DNA from: Sphingobacteriia bacterium | GTDB taxonomy: Bacteria > Bacteroidota > Bacteroidia > Bacteroidales > TTA-H9 | DNA: 49,491 bases | Direction: 5' to 3' | Assembly (NCBI GenBank): GCA_021286705.1 | Contig: JAJTBW010000003.1 | Span: 1 to 49,491, forward strand | Part shown: piece by piece, positions 19,265 to 29,091 of the stretch | How positions within the stretch are numbered: the first letter of the stretch is position 1 | Layout of the letters: each line of letters begins with the position of its first letter | The notes under the pieces: generated by a model | The model's input: the letters and a program-made list of their open reading frames with translations, nothing else | Database searches by the model: none | Told to the model about the DNA's origin: nothing | Translations under genes and position numbers: made by a program

Positions 19265-20593
19265 ATGAAAAGAAGTATATATCTTATCCTAGCTCTGATC
19301 ATTAGCTCTGCTTGCAGTAAAATACTTGATGTTGAACCGACAGCGAGCATAGATGTAAATGAGGCTATCAAAAACAAAAGAGGCGTCGAGAGAGCCTTAA
19401 ATGGGACTTATGATGCCCTACAACAGGCAGGTTCGTACGGTAGAAATATGGCTTTGATGGCTGATTTAGCCGCCGATAACCTTTCTTGGACTGGTACAAC
19501 TTACGATTATGGTCAAATAGCTGACAAGAAAATCCTATCTAATAATGTGGTCATTGATGGAATGTGGACTAGCTCTTATGATGCTATTAACCGTGCAAAC
19601 AATATCATTGAACGCCTTCCGTCGGTAACTGATATGACCGATTCTGAAAAGGCATCCGTTGAGGGTGAATGTAAGTTTATCAGAGCTTTAATGCACTTTG
19701 ATCTCGTAAGATATTGGGGGCAAATCCCTCTAAAGCTACAAGCCACGACGAATTTGAATAATATCAATACACCTGCCAGCAGTAAGATAGATGTCTTGAA
19801 CGCTGTAATTAACGACTTGAAATATGCTGTCCAGACAATGACTCCGGCCGCCAAGCAGGGTTATGCCTCTGGTGATGCTGCTAAAGCATTACTCACGAGA
19901 GCCTATCTGTACCGTTTTTATCTTACAAATGATGTAACTGATCTTAATACATTGATTCCACTTGCTAATGAGATTGTTACTGCCTACCCTTTGACTGGTT
20001 CGTATGCATCTCTCTTTGGCAATAATTCTGCTAATACTGAATCTCTCTTCGAGGTAGTATTTAATGAACAGGATAAAAACGTTATTGCTCAATATCTATA
20101 TCCAAGATCTCTAACAGGTAGATATGAGTTTGCACCAACTACAGACCTTATTAATTCTTTTGAGGCAGATGATCAAAGAGGTCAGATGATTCTGGTTGAT
20201 GGATCTAATTTCCCGTATGCTAATAAATACCAGGATGTAAGTGCCGGTACTGATAGAGTCTATGTCATCAGATCAGCTGAAGTACAACTTATTCTTGCTG
20301 AAGCAAAATACTTATTAAATGAACCAGCAGGCGATGTACTCAGTGCCCTTAATGCAATTAGATTAAGAGCGGGACTCTCATCAATTCTCTCTGCAACGCA
20401 TGAGCAATTGCTATCACTTATTCTTTTGGAATACAGACATGAATTTGCTTTTGAAGGCCATCGTTGGCACGATCTTATCAGAACGAACATGGCCGTTTCG
20501 GTTCTTGGCATTGAGCAGTTCAGAACACTTTGGCCAATCCCAATAAGTGAGACTCAATCGAATAATGCAATCAAACAAAACGAAGGTTATTAA
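19265..20593 (+). CDS. susD: SusD/RagB family outer-membrane lipoprotein
   Basis: Lipobox SSAC; Y..INRAN.II, GECKFIRA..HFDLVRYWG.IP, R.AEV.L..AEA, EFAFEGHRWHDL.R, QNEGY. Confidence 0.96.
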   Translation: MKRSIYLILALIISSACSKILDVEPTASIDVNEAIKNKRGVERALNGTYDALQQAGSYGRNMALMADLAADNLSWTGTTYDYGQIADKKILSNNVVIDGMWTSSYDAINRANNIIERLPSVTDMTDSEKASVEGECKFIRALMHFDLVRYWGQIPLKLQATTNLNNINTPASSKIDVLNAVINDLKYAVQTMTPAAKQGYASGDAAKALLTRAYLYRFYLTNDVTDLNTLIPLANEIVTAYPLTGSYASLFGNNSANTESLFEVVFNEQDKNVIAQYLYPRSLTGRYEFAPTTDLINSFEADDQRGQMILVDGSNFPYANKYQDVSAGTDRVYVIRSAEVQLILAEAKYLLNEPAGDVLSALNAIRLRAGLSSILSATHEQLLSLILLEYRHEFAFEGHRWHDLIRTNMAVSVLGIEQFRTLWPIPISETQSNNAIKQNEGY

Positions 20594-20702
20594 TCAGAAA
20601 CAGAAAAATCAGTAAAATTGAGTTGATTGATAGCTTCAAATATTGCGAAACTATAGAATAGCTAAACAGCTCAAATACTACTGGTGAAAAATATAAGATC
20701 AT

Positions 20703-21908
20703 ATGAAGAATATCTTTAAAACCCTTCTCTTCTCTTTGCTAGCCACCTTTGCGTTGGTGTCATGCAATAAAGATGATGAGATTAAAAAGCCGGCTGCTTC
20801 AACTCAAGCCGACTTCTCTTATACTGTGTCAAATGATGGGTACTTCCCATGCACCGTTACTTTCACAAACAAGTCATTAAACGCAAATTCCTACTCATGG
20901 AATTTCGGAAATGGCACTACCTCAACAGAGGTTAATCCTGCAGTTACATTTGATACCCCTGGTGTTTATACTATTACACTCACTTGCACCGGAGATAACA
21001 GTGTCTATTATAATAACCTAACAAAGACCATTCAGGTAATTGTAAAAGATCCTAATGCGGGAAAGACTCACGTAATGTATTACACTACTAGAAGTTCAAC
21101 AGGTGGTGATGTCTGGATGGTTATTCTTGATGGAAATAATCCGGTACCTCAGAGGTTTAACGCGACCCAACTGGAACGTCCATATGGAATTGCTGTTGAC
21201 ACCGCAACCAAAAAAGTCTTCGTAGCCGATTATTATAACGAGAGAATTGTTAGATATGACGCTGATGGTAAAAACGAGACGGTAATTCTTGATGCCGCAG
21301 TTCCTGGTCAGGAAATAGTGGGGTCACCTCAGGGAATTATCGTAATTAAAGACAAGCTATACTTCGGTAGCCCTAATGGTATCTACCGTTGCAATCTTGA
21401 TGGTACTTCTCCTGAGAAGTTCATCAATCTCGAAAGCACCGGGGCGTCCTATCCGCTCGATCTCTATTATGTAGCATCAACTAAGACTTTCTATTTTGCC
21501 AATGATAAAACAGACTACGAAGGAGGCCTATTTAAGGTAAACTTTGATGGTACTGGACTGACTAAGATCATTCCTGATATTGACAATACTGCCATTGAAG
21601 TTGATACTGTAAACAATAAGATCTATGCTGTCACCTATAGTCAGGATGGAACTCTGTTTAGTGAAAATGGAGTTTACATGATGAATTTAGATGGCTCAGG
21701 GGTTACGAAGATCGGCGACTTTGGGGCAAAGGCTACATGGGGAATTGCCCTTGACCAAAAAGAGAAGAACCTATACTGGAGTTTCAAAACAAGCAATGAA
21801 AACCCCGACGGTAAAATTATCAGGAGCAATCCCGATGGTTCCGGACAAACAGACTGGCTTACAGGTGCTAGTCCGCATGCCATGATTATCACTGATATCA
21901 AGCTATAA
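20703..21908 (+). CDS. Surface lipoprotein with PKD domain and LDL-receptor-class-B-like beta-propeller
   Basis: Lipobox LVSC then NKDDE; PKD motif VTFTNKS.NA.SYSWNFGNG..ST..NP..TF..PGVYTITL; repeats GIAVD..KKVF, GIALD...NLYWS, NLDGS/NPDGS. Confidence 0.85.
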   Translation: MKNIFKTLLFSLLATFALVSCNKDDEIKKPAASTQADFSYTVSNDGYFPCTVTFTNKSLNANSYSWNFGNGTTSTEVNPAVTFDTPGVYTITLTCTGDNSVYYNNLTKTIQVIVKDPNAGKTHVMYYTTRSSTGGDVWMVILDGNNPVPQRFNATQLERPYGIAVDTATKKVFVADYYNERIVRYDADGKNETVILDAAVPGQEIVGSPQGIIVIKDKLYFGSPNGIYRCNLDGTSPEKFINLESTGASYPLDLYYVASTKTFYFANDKTDYEGGLFKVNFDGTGLTKIIPDIDNTAIEVDTVNNKIYAVTYSQDGTLFSENGVYMMNLDGSGVTKIGDFGAKATWGIALDQKEKNLYWSFKTSNENPDGKIIRSNPDGSGQTDWLTGASPHAMIITDIKL

Positions 21909-21927
21909 ACCTACTAATTACTGCATA

Positions 21928-21972
21928 AGAAAAGAGGATAATCCGTTAACCGGGTATCCTCTTTTCTCTTTT
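21928..21972 (+). terminator. Terminator closing the S51-susCD operon
   Basis: agaaaagaggata...tatcctcttttct plus T-rich tail. Confidence 0.85.
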
Positions 21973-22081
21973 AGCCAATTGAAATTCATAGGAAGATCTG
22001 CCTCATGATTGACATCGAATTTGGTAGTTTGGAAATCTTAAGCATTTCACGAATCAACAATTTAAACTCTCCTTATAATTG

Positions 22082-22235
22082 AAATCCCGAATCTTGAATC
22101 TTGAATCCCGAATCTTGAATCTTGAATCTCGAATCTTGATCCTCGAATCTTGATCCTCGAATCTTGAATCTCGAATCTTGAATCTTGAATCTCGAATCCT
22201 GAATCTCGAATCTTGAATCTCGAATTTCAAATCTT
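22082..22235. repeat. Heptamer tandem repeat, 22 units (GAATCTT/GAATCTC/GAATCCC/GATCCTC)
   Basis: Units counted directly in sequence. Confidence 0.95.
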
Positions 22236-22283
22236 TCCCTCCTTAACCAATCAAGAACCCAATTTACAGATATTATAGAAAGC

Positions 22284-22316
22284 AAAAAAGGTGTCCCTAC
22301 AACTGAGAGACACCTT
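22284..22316 (-). terminator. Intrinsic terminator of the adhesin-domain gene
   Basis: Minus strand aaggtgtctct-cagttgt-agggacacctt plus T-run. Confidence 0.8.
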
Positions 22317-22336
22317 AGAAATCATTAATAGTTAAT

Positions 22337-23152
22337 CTATTTTATTAGTACCTTCTTGACGATAGTTTGCTTACCAGAGGTTACCTTAACCATATAAAGG
22401 CCTGAAACTAAAGATGAGACATTAACTTGTAACGGAGCAGTTGCGTTATCAAATGAGAGTACCTTTTCACCTGTTAAACTAAAAATATCGACGATAGCAT
22501 TATGAAAATCGCCTTTAACAACCATATTATTCACAACAGGATTAGGCATTATATCAACCCTTGAAAGCACAGGTGACTGTATGCCAATTCCAGACTGACC
22601 AGTTAGTTGAATACTATCGAGTAAAAGTTTATACATATCACTGCAGTCATAATGAACCCAAGCAAGGTAAATCGTTTTGCCGGCATAAACTGATAAGTCA
22701 ATATTTCGCGGATCCCAAATACCATTAGAGGCCCAGATGGGTAAAGTCTCTTCATAGACATTATCAGTAAATGAGGCTACCTCATTGTTTGTGCTAGAAA
22801 CCATCAATTTATAATGCTCTTGATAATAATTATCATCAGCACCTGATATTACATAGTGAAGAACCAAACCACCGGTCGCTGAAGTCAGATTAATTGCAGG
22901 AGAGATGAGCCAGTTGTCAGGTGTTAAAGGACTTCCGTCCCATGAACGACTTGTCATATACTGCTCCATTACAGGGCCTCCATCATACCAATCCCAATAC
23001 CAGTTCTGGGTATCACCATCCTGATCAACAAACTTCCAGGTGTTAACCACAGTAGCTGAGTCAGTAAATTGCTCTTCAAATAGCACAGTAGTCTGACTGT
23101 GTAAACTTCCTAAGAAGAACAAAAACAAAATACTAAGTAAAAAATTCTTCAT
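22337..23152 (-). CDS. Cleaved-adhesin (choice-of-anchor J) domain protein with T9SS type A C-terminal domain
   Basis: W..VDQDGD..NW, LTPDNWLISP, YYQEHY, DLS.YAGKTIYLAWVH, LLLDSI; CTD MPNPV...IFSLTGEKV...LVSGLYMVKV....VKKVLIK. Confidence 0.9.
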   Translation of the reverse strand: MKNFLLSILFLFFLGSLHSQTTVLFEEQFTDSATVVNTWKFVDQDGDTQNWYWDWYDGGPVMEQYMTSRSWDGSPLTPDNWLISPAINLTSATGGLVLHYVISGADDNYYQEHYKLMVSSTNNEVASFTDNVYEETLPIWASNGIWDPRNIDLSVYAGKTIYLAWVHYDCSDMYKLLLDSIQLTGQSGIGIQSPVLSRVDIMPNPVVNNMVVKGDFHNAIVDIFSLTGEKVLSFDNATAPLQVNVSSLVSGLYMVKVTSGKQTIVKKVLIK

Positions 23153-23192
23153 AACTGTTGTCTTTAGTTAATAATAAAAGTCACTTATTACT

Positions 23193-23200
23193 CAAAAATA
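23193..23200 (-). promoter_or_regulatory. -7 promoter box for the adhesin-domain gene
   Basis: TATTTTTG. Confidence 0.5.
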
Positions 23201-23457
23201 AAGCAAATTCTTTTTAAATGCAACAAAATCCTACTAGTAAAACTGTGGGCATTCGCATCCCACAAATGCATTTTAAACGCCAGAGAAAGGCTCTCTAGTA
23301 AAAAGCATAATGAGTTTAACCTAACCCACTAGAAATGTCTCATTCGGCTGAAATAATAATAAAAAAATGAATCCTCATTACCTCACTAAAGCCTTACTTT
23401 CTTTCAAACTATTGACCTCTTTAAAATCATAAGTCGAGCAAAAAAACTACCCAAAAT

Positions 23458-23501
23458 AAAAAAGCGATAAAGAGTCTATAAATAAACTCCTCATCGCCTT
23501 T
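23458..23501 (-). terminator. Terminator downstream of yidC
   Basis: Minus strand ggcgatgaggagtttat...tagactctttatcgct plus T-run. Confidence 0.7.
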
Positions 23502-23518
23502 AGAATATCTATAAAGAA

Positions 23519-25462
23519 TTAACCTTTATATCCTCTCTGCTTAGCCATGTCCTCAAGTCTCTTTTGGAAAGAAGACTTTTTCACAGGCTTTTTCTTATTT
23601 TCTTGCAGTTTAGCATGAATCTTATCCTCATTAATAGTCTTTCGGATGATAAAGATCTGAGCAAAAGTGAAGAGGTTAGCCAACAGATAATAGTAACTTA
23701 ATCCTGAAGCATAATTATTAAAGATGCCAAGGAACATGATAGGCATAATATACATTGCCGTCTTCATACCTGGAAGTTGCTGACTACCCGTTGACATCAT
23801 ATCATTATTAATCTTAGTATAGATTAAAGTTGAAATTGTCATCAATAAGGTAAAGAGACTGACATGGTTACCATAGAAGGGGATATTAAACCCTAGATTT
23901 ATTATCGAATCGTAACTTGAAAGGTCATCAGCCCATAAGAATGCTTGTTGCCTAAGTTCAATACTACTTGGGAAGAATCTAAACATAGCAATCAAGATAG
24001 GGAACTGTAAAAGCATAGGCCAACATCCTGCCATAGGATTAACACCAGCTTTGCGATACAGATCCATGGTAGCTTGTTGTTTCTTCAAGGAGTCTTCTGG
24101 TTTAAACTTTGCACCTAGTTCTTCAACTTCAGGCCTAAGAACCCTCATTTTTGCGGTTGCACGATATGACCAGTAAGCTATAGGGAACAGCAAAAGCTTT
24201 AAAAGAATAGTGAGTATCAGAATGATAATACCATAATTGATTCCAGTTGCCTCTAGTAAGTCAAAGGTGGTAATGACTAAATAAACATTGAACCACCACA
24301 TCGGGCCGAAACTCCATCCTAATGGAATCTGACGTTCAAGTCTCAGATCATATTTTTCTAATGTGCGATATTTATTGGGGCCGAAATAGAGACGCATGCC
24401 AAAGCTATTATCACCATCAGCTTTATAAGCCATAGGTATAGAGGCCTTCATTGACTCCAAATACCTCTTAGGCTGTTTTACTTCATCAAGAGTATATACA
24501 TGAAGATCAGCAGCATCAAATGATTGATCGGCAATAAGTGTACTTACAAAGAAACGTGATTTAAACGATATCCATTTTAATGACGTTCCAATATTCTTCT
24601 GTTCGTCTTTTCTCTCGTTAAGGTAATCTACATCCTTATCACGAGCATTTCTGAAATAGACGGTAGACTCATTCTTCTCATTTTCATGACTCTTTTCCTG
24701 AGTCAGAAGATTATAACTCCAATTAAGGTTAATGAAAGTGGTATTTGATTCAATGGCATTCGTCATGCCAACAAAATTTACTTTATAACCTATCATATAG
24801 TCATCCCCTTTGAGGGTGTACTTATACTCAATATATGAATTAGGTAACACCTTTCCATCAGGATCATCGGCATAAAGCCTCATAACGAAAGTGAGACTAT
24901 CCTTACCGGTAACGCTAAACTCGGTTTTACCGATGTTTTCAGCTTTATCAAAGTAGGGTTGAAAGTATAACTGATCGGTAGAAACCAGACGTTTACCACT
25001 GAAAAATTCGAATCCAAATACAGAACTGGCACTATCGAATAAAATCAGAGGTAATGAATCATAGGTCTTATAGTCTTTAAGAATAACCTTGACAGGACGA
25101 CCACCTAATTTTGCAATCTCAAGCCTTACCACATCATTCTCAACAGTATAAACCTTATTACTATCGAGAGCAGCATTCGCAAAAGCACCATACTGAGCCG
25201 TTGCAATTTTCCTTAAAGAATCTACAACAGTTGAATCAGTAGAACCTGTAGCAAGCAATTGTTGTGCTTTAGGCTCCTGTTTAGCCACCTGTGCTGCCGT
25301 GACCCTTGCTAAAGAGTCAGACTCCAACTGCTTCACAAGTGCAATGCTGTCGTTGATTTTCCGTTGTTTTTCAATTTCCTCTTTTGAGGGAGTCATCCAT
25401 AATCCCCAGCCTATAAAGATGCCGAGAATAAGTACCAGACCGATAATCGTATTTCTATCCAT
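23519..25462 (-). CDS. yidC: Membrane protein insertase YidC
   Basis: MDRNTIIG start, YFGPN, NYGIIILILTI, GVNPMAGCWPMLLQFPI, FLWADDLS, ASGLSYYY. Confidence 0.97.
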   Translation of the reverse strand: MDRNTIIGLVLILGIFIGWGLWMTPSKEEIEKQRKINDSIALVKQLESDSLARVTAAQVAKQEPKAQQLLATGSTDSTVVDSLRKIATAQYGAFANAALDSNKVYTVENDVVRLEIAKLGGRPVKVILKDYKTYDSLPLILFDSASSVFGFEFFSGKRLVSTDQLYFQPYFDKAENIGKTEFSVTGKDSLTFVMRLYADDPDGKVLPNSYIEYKYTLKGDDYMIGYKVNFVGMTNAIESNTTFINLNWSYNLLTQEKSHENEKNESTVYFRNARDKDVDYLNERKDEQKNIGTSLKWISFKSRFFVSTLIADQSFDAADLHVYTLDEVKQPKRYLESMKASIPMAYKADGDNSFGMRLYFGPNKYRTLEKYDLRLERQIPLGWSFGPMWWFNVYLVITTFDLLEATGINYGIIILILTILLKLLLFPIAYWSYRATAKMRVLRPEVEELGAKFKPEDSLKKQQATMDLYRKAGVNPMAGCWPMLLQFPILIAMFRFFPSSIELRQQAFLWADDLSSYDSIINLGFNIPFYGNHVSLFTLLMTISTLIYTKINNDMMSTGSQQLPGMKTAMYIMPIMFLGIFNNYASGLSYYYLLANLFTFAQIFIIRKTINEDKIHAKLQENKKKPVKKSSFQKRLEDMAKQRGYKG

Positions 25463-25493
25463 GCGATTTTGTAATCGATAATTTGGTTAGAGC

Positions 25494-25532
25494 AAAAAAA
25501 AGCTGCCCCATGTTTACAGGGCAGCAAAGATA
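25494..25532 (-). terminator. pyrG terminator overlapping a -7 box for yidC
   Basis: Minus strand TATCTTTG whose last G starts the stem gctgccc...gggcagc, then T8. Confidence 0.75.
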
Positions 25533-25563
25533 ATTCTAATTTCCGATATTTCAGTGCCTAAAA

Positions 25564-27192
<1,629 letters not shown>

Positions 27193-27356
27193 TTAGCTTT
27201 TTCAGTTACGGGGTTGCAAGTTACACAAAAAGCCCCCGCAAGCCAAGTTTTTTTTTAGCTAATCTTCTAATTTTTAAACTTGACTTATTAAAATTACACC
27301 TACTAATAGGTTAAAATATGTCTACATGAGACGTAGGTAGTGCCTAACATTGAGGT

Positions 27357-28673
27357 TTATAATACCTCAACAAATGAGAACATCTCTTTTAAAACCGAAT
27401 CTACCATTTCTATTGATGGATTAATATCAAAGATATAATCTGGCTTGAGATAGTACAGATTCTTTTCAGCTTTGAACAAAGCCTCACCTCCTCCGGTAAT
27501 ATTAAGCATTATCAGGTCATCGGCATGAATCTTCCCTCGAGCTACCTCATTCGATAATGATGCTACTGCAACAGCGGCTGCCGGATGAATGTCTATTCCT
27601 TCTACATCCTTAAATAATCGACCAGCACACCTACTCTCTTCGTTGGTTACTATTGAAACATCACCATCTGTATCTTTCAAAGCATCAAACAGACCACCTA
27701 CAATAGAATAAGGAGGCTTTCTATTCGATAGGACTTTAGCATCCATAATATTTACACAGTGACGTGCATGATCATCATCCATCGGTAATATATCCCTGCT
27801 ACTTGCCTTCCACGCATCGTATATAGGATGAAATGGACTATTCTGTGACACCATCAAATGCATCTTCTGCTTACCAAACCGACCATCGTCTATAAATCTC
27901 AAATTGGCTTCCCAAGCAGCTATTGCGCCGGTACCACTACCAACCGCCTGAAAGTAGTATTTCGGTATCGCCCCTATGGTTGTCACTGCCGATAAAACAG
28001 TGGTTCCCATTCCATCTCTTCGTGCTACATTCTTAGCACCTCCTTCGGCAATAAATCCGGGAAATGACACAATTATATTCGACAAATGTATCGCATCAAA
28101 ATAGTCACTACCACTTCGTGTACAAACCAATCTGACACACTCATCTAATTGATCATCAAACCATAAAGAATCAAGATTATCTTCCGGAACACATAACAAC
28201 AGTGGAATCTTATTATCTGAACAAACCTTGGCAAATGCTCTGGCTGTATTACCAGCAGAAGCAACAACCAAAACTTTTCCCAGACCATCTCCCATTCTAC
28301 CACAAACCGTATAGGCCTCTGTCTCTTTAAAACTACATGTACTCATTTGAGCCCCCTTCTCTGGCCAATATCCACTGAATGTAATCCAAAGATTTTTTAG
28401 ACCCAGAACTGATGAAAGCCCCTCACTTTTGTAAGTGACCGGTGCAGAAGAACCCTTCATACTTTTCAATACCGGCAGCCATGACCTATACTTAAACAAG
28501 CCTTCTTTATCAGATCCAATCACAAGTTGATCCTCTTTATATATCGCTCTGATTAAGCTGGCTCCTTCACCATCGGGTGGTTCTAATTGCCATCCTTTAT
28601 CGTCAAAGATTTTTCCGGTTTTAACGGACTTAAGTTTATATGGTATCGCTGGTAAATTGGTAACTTTTTCCAT
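27357..28673 (-). CDS. Cysteate synthase (threonine-synthase-like PLP enzyme)
   Basis: FSGYWPEKGA.M.TCSFKETEA (PLP Lys), ASAGNTARAF, EGGAKNVARRDGMGT, YFQAVGSGTG.IAAWEA, VLSNRKPPY, LNITGGG. Confidence 0.85.
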   Translation of the reverse strand: MEKVTNLPAIPYKLKSVKTGKIFDDKGWQLEPPDGEGASLIRAIYKEDQLVIGSDKEGLFKYRSWLPVLKSMKGSSAPVTYKSEGLSSVLGLKNLWITFSGYWPEKGAQMSTCSFKETEAYTVCGRMGDGLGKVLVVASAGNTARAFAKVCSDNKIPLLLCVPEDNLDSLWFDDQLDECVRLVCTRSGSDYFDAIHLSNIIVSFPGFIAEGGAKNVARRDGMGTTVLSAVTTIGAIPKYYFQAVGSGTGAIAAWEANLRFIDDGRFGKQKMHLMVSQNSPFHPIYDAWKASSRDILPMDDDHARHCVNIMDAKVLSNRKPPYSIVGGLFDALKDTDGDVSIVTNEESRCAGRLFKDVEGIDIHPAAAVAVASLSNEVARGKIHADDLIMLNITGGGEALFKAEKNLYYLKPDYIFDINPSIEMVDSVLKEMFSFVEVL

Positions 28674-28692
28674 TCGTTCAGATAATAAGGGT

Positions 28693-28700
28693 CAAATTTA
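28693..28700 (-). promoter_or_regulatory. -7 promoter box for cysteate synthase
   Basis: TAAATTTG. Confidence 0.55.
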
Positions 28701-29091
28701 TCAAAGTCCGCTGAAATTCCCTAACCCCTTTTCTTAACTGCACAATCAAAAACTCGAAAACATGAAATATTTAATACTTTACACTCTTCTATCTTACCCT
28801 TTTTAACTCCAACGAAGCATCATCTATGTCTAAATATAACTCAGTTGAGATAGTTGAATAGGCTTTTGATCACAAATTATTCCCAAGAAACTTCAAAATC
28901 ACCATCAGATATATAGAACACTGATTCTTACTCTCTTTATCTACTTGACCAGCTCTCAGAACGTTAAAAAATCAAAAAAGACCATTTTTAAATCTAATAC
29001 TCTTATTCAGTCTACTGGAGAAATACTAACTTTATAAATATTTTTACAAAGACTCTCTTTTAAAAGAATAACTCAAAAACAAGACTTACCA

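Noticed and set aside
22082-22235. Possible CRISPR array
   Set aside because: 7-bp contiguous units, no unique spacers, no cas genes; the same applies to the arrays at 1-57 and 43538-43603
22073-22285. 70-aa ORF with (RFKIQDS)n repeats
   Set aside because: Simple translation of the heptamer DNA array, lying beyond the terminator of the upstream gene
10733-23152. tRNA-anchored genomic island carrying the S51-susCD locus
   Set aside because: No integrase or transposase, and I found no duplicated tRNA 3' end by eye; horizontal origin remains untested
27357-28673. Threonine synthase thrC or coenzyme M pathway
   Set aside because: Motifs fit the cysteate synthase subfamily better; no thrA/thrB or comDE neighbours
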